A DNA stretch of 64,000 nucleotides. Source: Candidatus Heimdallarchaeum endolithica. GTDB taxonomy: Archaea > Asgardarchaeota > Heimdallarchaeia > Heimdallarchaeales > Heimdallarchaeaceae. The stretch spans positions 608,001 to 672,000 of the forward strand of contig CP084167.1 in NCBI GenBank assembly GCA_021513715.1, written 5' to 3'. A program made the position numbers and the translations under genes. Each line of letters starts with the position of its first letter. Position 1 is the first letter of the stretch. Positions 1 to 10,073 of this stretch are shown here, piece after piece. Below the pieces are notes generated by a model. The model searched no databases. It saw only the letters and a program-made list of their open reading frames with translations, and had not been told where the DNA came from.

Positions 1-211
1 TGATCAAAAGAATAACCAAATTGTGGTTCTATTTGTACTCCATAATATGACATAACAATATCTGTTTTTCTAATTAAATAAAGGTTATTGTTCCCTAATT
101 TTGCATTTTGGTTTTAGTTATTTTTATATAGGAATAACATTGATAAAACAGTCTATCTTTTCTCCAAATAATAAGGAAGCATTAAAATATAAGTTCAAGA
201 AAAATGTATTT

Positions 212-622
212 ATGCAAGAGTCTGCACTTTTTCGATATTTTGACCAATTAGAAAGAACTGACTTGCTATTTATCAATTTCGCATTTCTGATTATTATAAT
301 TCCAGGACTAATTTTTGGATTGTTAAGTAAAAGCTCATGGATGCTTTATGTAGCTTTGGTCGTACTTTTTTTCTTTGTTTGTTGGAATTGTCTTTATTTC
401 TATACCAAATTCAAACTAAACAAACAAGAAAAAGAACTTCTTAAAACTATTCCCAGTTTTCCACAACTCGACTTCTGTGATTATTGTGGTAAATCATTAG
501 AAGATTCAGCTCCTGCAGTGATTGATAGTAATCTAATCATTGTATGCCCTCATTGTGGAAAAGAAAATATAGTTAAATCAGAGGAAGAAATTGAACAGAT
601 AAATGAAAAAGCAGATTCATAA
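212..622 (+). CDS. Small membrane protein with C-terminal zinc ribbon (first gene of the rSAM operon)
   Basis: Two hydrophobic helices followed by CDYC...CPHC. ATG at 212 preferred over the track TTG at 101. Ends 18 bp before the next gene. Confidence 0.65.
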   Translation: MQESALFRYFDQLERTDLLFINFAFLIIIIPGLIFGLLSKSSWMLYVALVVLFFFVCWNCLYFYTKFKLNKQEKELLKTIPSFPQLDFCDYCGKSLEDSAPAVIDSNLIIVCPHCGKENIVKSEEEIEQINEKADS

Positions 623-640
623 TTTAAGGAGATATAACAA

Positions 641-2329
641 ATGAAAAAAAAAGCAAAAATACTTTTCTTATTAATTATTTTCTCAAATTTACTTTTTGTT
701 TTAACAACAAATACAAACAACATTAATGCTTTGAAAGAGCCTATTAATAGTAATTCTAGTGAATTTAGGGCATATAGTTTCGCTGTTCCTTATATGTATA
801 CTGATGTTACTATTAAAAAAGATGGCTCAATAGATATTTCTTATACCATTAATTTTACAAATTTTATTTTTGGAGACACTATCGACATTGTTGACATAGG
901 CTTTCCTAATAAACATTACAAGCTTAGAAGTGTTCAAGCTTGGATAGATGGTTATGAGATTACTGACATTAGAAAAAGTGAGTACATTAGTATAGGAGTA
1001 GAGATACATTTAGGTAGTCATTCTATTTTACCTGGTGAGAGCGCAATATTGGAAGTTAAAGGAAATAATCCTAAAATGGTCTTTAAAGATGATACAAAAG
1101 AGAATTTTGCTAGTTGTGTTTTTAGGCAAACTTGGTTTAGTTCGCAATTTGCTTTTGGAGAAACAGAAAGAAGAGTAAGATTTTATTTTCCTGAAGACTT
1201 AACTAATATAAGTGAAGTAGAGAAAAGAGTGTCAGATTATAGTGTTGATTTCTCAAGAGCAAGTAATTATGTAGAGTTTTCCAAATCAAGCACTCCTTTT
1301 GATAATGACTTTTATGTGGGTGTAGGAATACCTTCAAAATATGTTGATAGAATGTATAGCGAATTTTGGGTTTACCATTTTGGTGAACTTGTTGCTCAAG
1401 TATTATTCTTCTTAATGTTCTTTGGTTTCTTTGCTTTTTTCTGCTATGGTTTTTGTATTTTACCAATAAAAGAACAAAAGAGATACCTTCCGCCTACAAT
1501 AAAATCCACTGGTGGAGCTGTGAGAATGGGGTTAAAACCCTCTGAAGCAGCTATTATACTAGAAAAACCACTTACTCTTGTTGCTTCTTTAGTTATTTAT
1601 GAAATGATGTCTGAAGGATTGATCTCTGTCAAGCAGAAGGATCCATTAAGATTTAAGGTAGAAATTTCTTCCAAAGAGAAATCTAACTTACCTACTTATC
1701 AGAAACATATAATAAATGGAATAAAAAAGAGAGAAAAATCTGATCTAAAATGGGAAAGAGGAAGTGTTTCTGGTGCTCGCCCTCATGATCCTTTTGACCA
1801 AGATTATATCAGAAAAGCTCTCTTATCTTTAATAAAAGAAACTACCAAGAAAATGAAAGGATTCAACCTGAAGAAAACAAAGAAATACTATAATGAATTA
1901 ATTGAAAGAGCTTGGATAGATATGAAAGAAGAACGCCCAGAACTAGAAAACGCTTTTCTATGGATAATGATTGATGAAGACTATGATGATAGAATGAAGG
2001 AATATTACGATGATTATTACTACCCTTCATGGTATGTTTATCACTATCACACACACTATTATGGCAGAAATAGAGGAGGTTTAGAAAAAGTAGAGGGTAA
2101 ATCAGGATTCAAAAGAACAAAAATTAAAGATAGAGGAAAAATAATTCCTGGACTAGATTTCAAGCGAATACAGAAAAATATAGTAAGAAGTCCCAAAAAA
2201 CTGCTCTCTTCTGTAAAATCTAAAACTAGACCTATATCTAGGAGTTCAGGTAGAAGTGGAGGAGGGGGCGGAGGAGGTTGTGCTTGCGCTTGCGCTTGTG
2301 CTTGTGCTTGCGCTGGAGGAGGACGATAA
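641..2329 (+). CDS. Membrane protein (DUF2207-like layout) with a Gly-rich linker and C-terminal (CA)6GGGR tail; putative rSAM substrate
   Basis: AAGGAG RBS, signal peptide, extracellular beta-rich domain, central TM, cytoplasmic domain ending GGGGGGGCACACACACACAGGGR. Confidence 0.85.
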   Translation: MKKKAKILFLLIIFSNLLFVLTTNTNNINALKEPINSNSSEFRAYSFAVPYMYTDVTIKKDGSIDISYTINFTNFIFGDTIDIVDIGFPNKHYKLRSVQAWIDGYEITDIRKSEYISIGVEIHLGSHSILPGESAILEVKGNNPKMVFKDDTKENFASCVFRQTWFSSQFAFGETERRVRFYFPEDLTNISEVEKRVSDYSVDFSRASNYVEFSKSSTPFDNDFYVGVGIPSKYVDRMYSEFWVYHFGELVAQVLFFLMFFGFFAFFCYGFCILPIKEQKRYLPPTIKSTGGAVRMGLKPSEAAIILEKPLTLVASLVIYEMMSEGLISVKQKDPLRFKVEISSKEKSNLPTYQKHIINGIKKREKSDLKWERGSVSGARPHDPFDQDYIRKALLSLIKETTKKMKGFNLKKTKKYYNELIERAWIDMKEERPELENAFLWIMIDEDYDDRMKEYYDDYYYPSWYVYHYHTHYYGRNRGGLEKVEGKSGFKRTKIKDRGKIIPGLDFKRIQKNIVRSPKKLLSSVKSKTRPISRSSGRSGGGGGGGCACACACACACAGGGR

Positions 2330-2330
2330 A

Positions 2331-3644
2331 ATGTCAAAAGAAGAACAGAAAAAGATGTTTCATCTAAGAAACGAAGAAACCTTTACTAGGATGCATTTAA
2401 GAAAAGAAAAGAAAGGACAAGGAATATTGATTGTTAATGCTAATAGAATTTTTCATCTAAACAAAACAGCTACTGAATTCATTGAATATATAATAAAAGA
2501 GATGAAAGATGAAGAGATAATAAGAAAAATGGTCAATAAATACAATGTCCACGAATCAGAAATAAGGACAGATCTGATGAATCTAAAAATAGCAATAGAA
2601 GATATTGTTAATAAACCAGATATCGACCCTGTTCAAGAATTATTTGACGAAGACATGGAAATAGAGAGAATGATTTTTTCTGCCCCATTAAGAATGGACT
2701 TGGCTATAACCTACAAATGTAATAACAAATGTGTTAAATGTTATGTTGAAAAAAAAAGAGAAATAAAAGAATTAAAAACAGAAGAATGGAAAAAAGTCTT
2801 AGATAAATTGTGGGATATTGGAGTCCCACATGTAACATTTACAGGAGGAGAACCTACAACAAGAAAAGATTTGGTAAAATTAGTAGAGTATGCAGAAGAT
2901 ATAGGTATAGTAACAGGATTAATAACTAATGGAAGAAATCTGAAAGACAAAAATCTGGTAGATGAACTTGTAGCAGCAGGAATAGACCATTTCCAAATAA
3001 CGATCGAAAGCCACTTGCCAGAAGTACATGATAAATTAACGGGAGTAAAAGGCTCGTGGGAAGAAACAGTAGAAGGAATAAAAAATGTTGTACCCACACC
3101 AGTATTTATCATGACAAACACAACTCTAGTCCCAGAAAATATTAATGAAATAGATAAAACAATAGAATTCCTAGCTTCTCTAGGTATAGATCACTTTGCA
3201 GCAAACGGAATAATAAAAGCTGGAGGAGGAAAAAATGACTCACTAGACTTAACAGTAGAAGAACTAAACAAAACCCTAGATACAATCATGAAGAAAGCAG
3301 AAGAAATGAAAATGAGATTCCTATGGTACTCACCAACAAGATATTGTGAATTTAATCCAGTAAAAAAAGGACTAGGAGTAAAACAATGTACAGCAGCTAA
3401 CATAGCTATGGCAATAGAGCCAGATGGACAAGTAATACCATGCCAAAGCTACTTTGATACACTAGGAAACATATTGACCACACCATGGAAAAAAATATGG
3501 AACCATAAAACAGCAAAAAGAATAAGAAAAAGAAAATACTTACCCCAAGAATGTAAAAAATGCCCAGAAAAAGAAATATGTGGAGGAGGATGCCCTCTAA
3601 ATTATGAAGCGCCATCAACAGTCTGTAGAGATGCTCTATCTTAA
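2331..3644 (+). CDS. Radical SAM/SPASM protein with N-terminal PqqD-like RiPP recognition element
   Basis: CNNKCVKC (CxxxCxxC), GGEP, SPASM cysteines (CTAA..IEPDGQVIPC..CKKC..CGGGCP), PqqD-like HLNKTATEF..EEIIRKM..KYNV. ATG at 2331 with GGAGGAGG upstream; the track start at 2256 overlaps the previous gene. Confidence 0.92.
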   Translation: MSKEEQKKMFHLRNEETFTRMHLRKEKKGQGILIVNANRIFHLNKTATEFIEYIIKEMKDEEIIRKMVNKYNVHESEIRTDLMNLKIAIEDIVNKPDIDPVQELFDEDMEIERMIFSAPLRMDLAITYKCNNKCVKCYVEKKREIKELKTEEWKKVLDKLWDIGVPHVTFTGGEPTTRKDLVKLVEYAEDIGIVTGLITNGRNLKDKNLVDELVAAGIDHFQITIESHLPEVHDKLTGVKGSWEETVEGIKNVVPTPVFIMTNTTLVPENINEIDKTIEFLASLGIDHFAANGIIKAGGGKNDSLDLTVEELNKTLDTIMKKAEEMKMRFLWYSPTRYCEFNPVKKGLGVKQCTAANIAMAIEPDGQVIPCQSYFDTLGNILTTPWKKIWNHKTAKRIRKRKYLPQECKKCPEKEICGGGCPLNYEAPSTVCRDALS

Positions 3645-3844
3645 GAAAAGATGTTATTCAATAATAATTGAGAAGGAAGAGATCTGATACAATTTAAACA
3701 GTTGAGAAATTAAAATAGTAATTAATTTATAGATCTCTAATTTTTTCATTCTATTTCTTTCTTATTAATAATATAAACTATATTTATCTGAAAAGAATAG
3801 ATTAAGAAAGCAAAAAAGTTTTTTATAATTATCAAGAATAATAA

Positions 3845-6800
3845 ATGAGTAAATTGTCCAACAAAAAAATAGAGATTATAATCTTAATTTTTCTTCTTAT
3901 TACAATTAAAATCTACCAAGTAGAGCAAATAAAAATCAATAATCAATTTGATGAAGAAAAAAAAGATAATAATAGGAAACATTATACCACAATACATCAT
4001 TCTATTGAAATTACTTCAGATGACAATTTTTCTTCATTTCCTGGTTCTGGTACTAAAGATGACCCATATATTATAAAAGACTATATTATTTATTCATCTT
4101 CCAAATATGGGATATATATTTTTAATACCACAAAATATTTTATTGTACAAAATTGTAAAGTAAAATCTTCATATCTTAGTGGTCTTTATATATCTCATAT
4201 TAAAAATGGAACAGGAAAAATACTAGACAATGAATTCAACAGCGATAATTATGGAATATATGTTGACTCTTCAAATAATCTCTCAATTATTAATAACATC
4301 TATTTAGCTAAATATGGAATATATATGCATAGTTCAGCAAATAATTATATAGCCAAAAATGAATTTTACTCTTTATTTAAAGGAATCAACATTATATATT
4401 CCAATAACATAACAATAGAAAACAATACTTATTTTGAAAGCACACAAATTTCCATACGTCTACTTTATTCTAGTAATAATACAATAATAAATAACACTTT
4501 TACAAAAGTAAAAAAAGCTATTTATATTTATTATTCATTTAACAATTTTCTAACAGGTAATAATTTTACTAATAATGAAGTTGCAATTAATCTCATTTAT
4601 TCTGATAAGAATTTTATCTTTAATAATTCCTTTCAACTTAGTGAAATTAATTCAATAAATTTGGAATCTTCATTAAATAATTCAATAATAAACAATTCAT
4701 GTTTTTATTGTGATAACAATTCTATTTATCTAATTAACTCAGAATATAATTTAATATCAAACAATAGTTGTTACAATTGTAATAGCGCTATTTATCTTCA
4801 TAATTCTAGTTACAATCTACTAGAACACAATAGATTGATAAATAATTTGAAATATGGACTTCTTTTAATATCTTCAAATAACAATGATGTTAAAACTAAT
4901 ATTATAGTAAAAAATTCTTTTTATGGAATAAATCTATTATATTCAAAAAATAATACTATTTGGTTAAATTATATAGTATTTAACAATGTTGCAGTATCAA
5001 ATTCAGTTCAAGTTAACGATAATAATGGATTAAATTATTGGTATGAACCCATAATTAAAAAAGGGAACTATTGGAATGAATTCACTTATGGAAAAAATTA
5101 TTCAATCAACCCAGGACTTACGTCAGACTTATACCCACAAAATTCTACAGATACAGATGATGATGGCTTACAAGATGTAATTGAAATAAACTGTTTCTTT
5201 ACAAACATATTTAGCAATGATACAGACAGTGATGGAATAATAGATTATTGGGAAATTGATAATAATTTTAATCCATTAATTAATGATTCCTCACTTGACC
5301 TAGATAGAGATAATTTATCTAACTTGGCAGAGTATCAAAATAATACAGACCCTCATGATCCAGATACAGATGATGATGATTTAAGAGATGGAGACGAAGT
5401 TAACATTTATCTTACTGATCCTCTTGACTCTGATACTGACGATGATGGTATGCCTGATGGTTGGGAAGTAGAAAATTGTTTAAATCCTCTAGAAAATGAT
5501 AGTTACAATGATCCTGATGATGATAGTTTAGTAAATCTAGAAGAATATAACTATTCAACAAACCCAACTAATAATGACACTGATGGAGATGGTTTATCAG
5601 ACTATAACGAGATATATAGTTATAATAGTGACCCCACAGATATAGACACAGATAATGATGGTTTGTTTGATGGACAAGAAGTTAATTTGTTTTTAACTAA
5701 CCCTTTGGATTCTGACACTGATAATGACAAAATAGATGATTATTCTGAAGTATATTCGTTTTTTACTGACCCAAACTGTAATGACACTGATAATGATGGT
5801 TTGCTTGATGGTCAAGAAGCATATATCTTCTTTTCAGATCCAAATAGTAATGATACAGACCTTGATGGCTTATCAGATTATGAAGAAATAATTTATAATA
5901 CTAATCTAAAAAATAGCGATACAGACTTCGACGGACTTTCAGATTATGAAGAAATAAAAGTTTATTTTACTAATCCAAGAAGTAAAGACACTGATAGAGA
6001 TGGAAGGTCTGATGGTTGGGAAATAGAAAATGGATATAATCCGCTAATGAAAAATGTTTTCTTTGTAAAGAAGAGTATCTTGATGATTCTATTTTATATT
6101 AACATTTCTTATTCTATTCTAATCTTTCTACTCTTGCTATATATTCTCACAATAAAAAAAATTCTAATACAATTTTTTCAATGGCAAGAAGAACATTATT
6201 TAGAATTAAATAAATTATTAATTCAATATGAAAAAGCTACAAAAATTGTTTTTCTTTCTGATTTTATAAAGGATTTAACACCAGTGATTAACCAAACTAA
6301 AGAAGAAGTAAAAAGTTACCCTAAATTAAGTTTAATAAAAAAGATAAATAATACGAAGCAAGCCTATAAACTTTGGAAAAAGAAAATAGACATAAATAAA
6401 TATGAAAAAATGTACAATGATTTTTATTTTAGTGTTACACAATTAAATTTTTCTGAAATCAAGATAATCGATAATAATAATGATATAAGTGTTGAAAATG
6501 AGAAATTTGATACACTCTTAAAAGAAATAATAAATGAAAGAAGAATGTTAAAACAATATAAAAATCTAATAACTGACATGAAGTTTATTTTTTCATTTTT
6601 ACCTCGTTTTTTGGATGAGAACAAGAAGTTATTTTTTAAACAAATAAATGAAGAAATTGAAGAAAAGTTTGAAAATGCAAATTCTTTACTTATTAAAACT
6701 CTGAAATTATCAATAATTAAAGGAAATAAATTGTTAGAAAAAGAAGAACAATTGTCTAAACAAATAATTAAATCACTCTCAAAAGAAATTTTGCATCGTT

Positions 6801-7225
6801 TTGCTATTTATGAGAATGAATTGAAAGAATGGAAGAAAAGAAGTGAAAATGTCTTATCAGAATTATTGGAGGAAGATCTAAAAGAAGTGGAAGATTTGTT
6901 TCAAGAAGAGAAAAACATGCTCAAGGAGATAATAGTTCAGAATGAAATCAAATATAAAGAAGTGAAAAGAGTAAAAGTACTTATAGATGTATTATCAATT
7001 TATAGTGAAATCCCTTTAATTAAGCTACAACGGAAACTTGGTTTTTCAAAATTAGAAGATTTGGAGAAATGGTTAATAGAACTAAGTTCGTTTCTATCAA
7101 TAAAAATAGAAGGAGATAAACTAATTATCTCAGAGAAAGCTACAAAAGAATTAACACAATCAATAGATGAATTAATTAAGAGATTCACTGAATGGGAAAA
7201 AACAGGAGAAGGAAAAAAAACATAG
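3845..7225 (+). CDS. Receptor-like surface protein 1: beta-helix, TSP3-like DxDxDG repeats, TM, coiled coil, PCI-like winged helix (tail type A)
   Basis: FPGSGTKDDPYII motif, NosD-like parallel beta-helix repeats, GNYW, DTDxDG repeats, TM, C-terminus [23 protein letters not shown]. Confidence 0.85.
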   Translation: MSKLSNKKIEIIILIFLLITIKIYQVEQIKINNQFDEEKKDNNRKHYTTIHHSIEITSDDNFSSFPGSGTKDDPYIIKDYIIYSSSKYGIYIFNTTKYFIVQNCKVKSSYLSGLYISHIKNGTGKILDNEFNSDNYGIYVDSSNNLSIINNIYLAKYGIYMHSSANNYIAKNEFYSLFKGINIIYSNNITIENNTYFESTQISIRLLYSSNNTIINNTFTKVKKAIYIYYSFNNFLTGNNFTNNEVAINLIYSDKNFIFNNSFQLSEINSINLESSLNNSIINNSCFYCDNNSIYLINSEYNLISNNSCYNCNSAIYLHNSSYNLLEHNRLINNLKYGLLLISSNNNDVKTNIIVKNSFYGINLLYSKNNTIWLNYIVFNNVAVSNSVQVNDNNGLNYWYEPIIKKGNYWNEFTYGKNYSINPGLTSDLYPQNSTDTDDDGLQDVIEINCFFTNIFSNDTDSDGIIDYWEIDNNFNPLINDSSLDLDRDNLSNLAEYQNNTDPHDPDTDDDDLRDGDEVNIYLTDPLDSDTDDDGMPDGWEVENCLNPLENDSYNDPDDDSLVNLEEYNYSTNPTNNDTDGDGLSDYNEIYSYNSDPTDIDTDNDGLFDGQEVNLFLTNPLDSDTDNDKIDDYSEVYSFFTDPNCNDTDNDGLLDGQEAYIFFSDPNSNDTDLDGLSDYEEIIYNTNLKNSDTDFDGLSDYEEIKVYFTNPRSKDTDRDGRSDGWEIENGYNPLMKNVFFVKKSILMILFYINISYSILIFLLLLYILTIKKILIQFFQWQEEHYLELNKLLIQYEKATKIVFLSDFIKDLTPVINQTKEEVKSYPKLSLIKKINNTKQAYKLWKKKIDINKYEKMYNDFYFSVTQLNFSEIKIIDNNNDISVENEKFDTLLKEIINERRMLKQYKNLITDMKFIFSFLPRFLDENKKLFFKQINEEIEEKFENANSLLIKTLKLSIIKGNKLLEKEEQLSKQIIKSLSKEILHRFAIYENELKEWKKRSENVLSELLEEDLKEVEDLFQEEKNMLKEIIVQNEIKYKEVKRVKVLIDVLSIYSEIPLIKLQRKLGFSKLEDLEKWLIELSSFLSIKIEGDKLIISEKATKELTQSIDELIKRFTEWEKTGEGKKT

Positions 7226-7261
7226 CATTAATATCAACTTTAGAAGTTAAAATTTTTGAGA

Positions 7262-9820
7262 TTACTTCTTCTTTCCTTTTCCTGTACGTTCCCACTCACT
7301 AAATTGTTTGAGTAAATCGTCAATAGCTGTAGTCATATCTTCAGAAACCAATACGCCTTCAAATTGTAAATCGAAGATTACTTCTTCTCCTTCAATCCTA
7401 TTTGGTACATCTTTAGAATAAGCATACAACCACAATTTCATAACTTCTTTATCTTGGAAGCCCAACAAGGGAGAAAGTTTGTTCAAACTTATTTTGTTGT
7501 AAACAGAACTAATTTTCTTAAGCCTATCAAGTAGCATATTATTATGTTTATTAACTTTGATTATTTCAGCTAATTCAGAAAAAATATTGTTATAGTTTTT
7601 TAAGACTTCCTGGAATATAGCTAACTTTTCAGAAGCTAAATCATTAACTTTTGACCATAAAGGTTCAGAGGAAATTTGATTATCAAAAGGTGCAAGAGTT
7701 TCTTCTCTAAAAACAATAACGAGATCTAGGAAAGAAATTAATTTCTCATAACTTATTATTAAATGTTTAAACTTTTTTTCTGACCAATTATGTATTAATT
7801 TTGTTGATACTTTTTTAGTATATTCCTCTAAATTTGCAGGATTAATTAGATCAACTAAAGAAATCACTTCAGTTTGAAGTTCTGTGTTTACGAAAGTAAT
7901 TATTTCATTATAGAGCTTGTTAAATTGTTCTTTTTTATTCTTTACTATTCTTCTTGCATTAATCTGAATAAAAAGTAAATCTTCAAGGAATATTTTTAAC
8001 TTTTCAAAAAAGCTTCTTATTTCGTTTACTGAAGAAACAAATATTATTAATGACGAAATACCTGCAAAAGTTTCCTCGTAAAATTCAATTAACTTAGGTT
8101 TTAAATTAATTACTTTTTTCATTTTCTTCCTTATCTTTACTCTTTTTCTAATTTTATAAATTAACAATAGTAAAAGAATAATAAATAAAGTAAATACAAT
8201 AATATAACCTATTACAATTGAATTAAGGTATACATTCTTTCTTAAAGGATCTTTTCCATTTTCTATTTCCCAACTATCAGACCTTCCATCTCTATCAGTG
8301 TCTTTACTTCTTGGATTAGTAAGATAAATATTTATTTCTTCATAATCTGATAAACCATCATTATCAGTATCAGGGTCTAAAGGGTCAGTAAGGTAAATGA
8401 TAACTTCATCTCCATCTATTAAACCATCATCGTCAGAATCGGTGTTATTAGCAAAAGTGCCAAGATTAAACTCTTTAAGATTTGATAAACCATCACCATC
8501 AAGATCTTCATAAGCATCATCCGCTAGAGGGTTCAAATTACTACATACTTCCCAACCGTCAAGCATACCATCATTATCTGTGTCAGGGTCTAAAGGGTCA
8601 GTAAGGTAAATGATAACTTCGTCTCCATCTATTAAACCATCATCGTCAGTATCAGAATCCAAAGGGGAGGTATTGTTGGTATATTCTTCTAAATTAGTCA
8701 AATTGTCATTATCAGGGTCTAAAGCAGAGTCATCAGTAAGAGGATCTAAACCATTGTCTTCTTCCCATTTATCAGACATATTATCTTGGTCTAGGTCTAC
8801 ATGCATAGGATAAGGATCAAAATTATCAGCTGTACCATCAATTGCATATACTCCTGTTCCACTCCAATCATACCAATAGTTACCTGTTGTACCATAATAG
8901 AATCTATTGTCTATTCCGCAATCATATGCCTGAGAATTAGTAGCTTGATTATTTTTAATAAAGATATTTTTTACAATAGTATTATTAGAACTATCCTGAA
9001 GATAAACTCCATAGGAGCAACTATTTGTGACAATATTTGAAGTAAACGTATTATTTTTAGAATTTGAAGAAAGACAAAATATTCCATATCGATCGTTAAA
9101 TGAAATATTATTATAAATAAAAATATTATTTGAACTAAAAGAAAGCAGTATACCATCATAAATACTATTGGTTACATTATTGGAAGTAAAAGTATTACTA
9201 AAACTAGAAGAAAGAGATATACCACCAATACTGCTATTTATTATTGTGTTAGAAGCAAAAGTATTCCAAGAACTAGAAGAAAGAAAAAATCCATAGGAAC
9301 TACTGTTTGTTATTGTGTTAGAAATAAAAGTATTATTAAAACTAGAAGAAAGAAATATTCCTCTATTATAATTACTTATAGTATTATTCGTTACTATTAT
9401 GGTTCCACTTACAACAGAATCAATATAAATACCAGAAAATGTTGAAATCCTGCCACTAAGATAACAATCACGAATTATAATATATTTAGTTGTACTAGTT
9501 ATCTTAATACCATCAGCACTAGAGCTAGAAATAATGTAGTTTTTTATAATATAAGGGTCATCTTTAGTACCTGAACCAGGAAAAACTGTTAGATCACTGT
9601 CAGAAGTAATAGAAATAGGAGCATGAATGATATAAGAATTCTTCATATTATTATTCTTAATTTTATTAATTATTTGCAGTGATGAAAATACCTTAGTGTT
9701 TGTATGTACATTTACTTCATTTTTTTTGTGAATAGAATAAGAGATTGAAATGTTTAAACATATTATTAATATAAACAATAAACATTTACTCAAATTTTTT
9801 AGTTTTCCCATCTTATTCAT
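7262..9820 (-). CDS. Receptor-like surface protein 2 (tail type B)
   Basis: Same architecture. C-terminus [54 protein letters not shown]. Confidence 0.85.
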   Translation of the reverse strand: MNKMGKLKNLSKCLLFILIICLNISISYSIHKKNEVNVHTNTKVFSSLQIINKIKNNNMKNSYIIHAPISITSDSDLTVFPGSGTKDDPYIIKNYIISSSSADGIKITSTTKYIIIRDCYLSGRISTFSGIYIDSVVSGTIIVTNNTISNYNRGIFLSSSFNNTFISNTITNSSSYGFFLSSSSWNTFASNTIINSSIGGISLSSSFSNTFTSNNVTNSIYDGILLSFSSNNIFIYNNISFNDRYGIFCLSSNSKNNTFTSNIVTNSCSYGVYLQDSSNNTIVKNIFIKNNQATNSQAYDCGIDNRFYYGTTGNYWYDWSGTGVYAIDGTADNFDPYPMHVDLDQDNMSDKWEEDNGLDPLTDDSALDPDNDNLTNLEEYTNNTSPLDSDTDDDGLIDGDEVIIYLTDPLDPDTDNDGMLDGWEVCSNLNPLADDAYEDLDGDGLSNLKEFNLGTFANNTDSDDDGLIDGDEVIIYLTDPLDPDTDNDGLSDYEEINIYLTNPRSKDTDRDGRSDSWEIENGKDPLRKNVYLNSIVIGYIIVFTLFIILLLLLIYKIRKRVKIRKKMKKVINLKPKLIEFYEETFAGISSLIIFVSSVNEIRSFFEKLKIFLEDLLFIQINARRIVKNKKEQFNKLYNEIITFVNTELQTEVISLVDLINPANLEEYTKKVSTKLIHNWSEKKFKHLIISYEKLISFLDLVIVFREETLAPFDNQISSEPLWSKVNDLASEKLAIFQEVLKNYNNIFSELAEIIKVNKHNNMLLDRLKKISSVYNKISLNKLSPLLGFQDKEVMKLWLYAYSKDVPNRIEGEEVIFDLQFEGVLVSEDMTTAIDDLLKQFSEWERTGKGKKK

Positions 9821-10073
9821 CTCTGAACTAATAGTGACAATACAACTTGTTTAAAGGGAAAGAGCTTGGCTGTTTATAATATTTAATAAAGAATAATTAT
9901 CTAATTAACTTTTCGTTTATCTTTAGCAAGATTTTTCACTTGTTTATTAAAAATCAAGTAACTATGAGTTCAAAAGAGATGAAATAATTAATAAACTATA
10001 AGAAGTGTTAGGAAGAATCTAATATTTTTTTGTAAAGAAAAATAACCTTTAAGATATCTTTTTGACTTTTTAC

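Noticed and set aside
2059-2337. Antisense ORF with (AQ)n and poly-Pro
   Set aside because: It is the mirror of the Gly/(CA)6 codons on the + strand and has no independent coding evidence.
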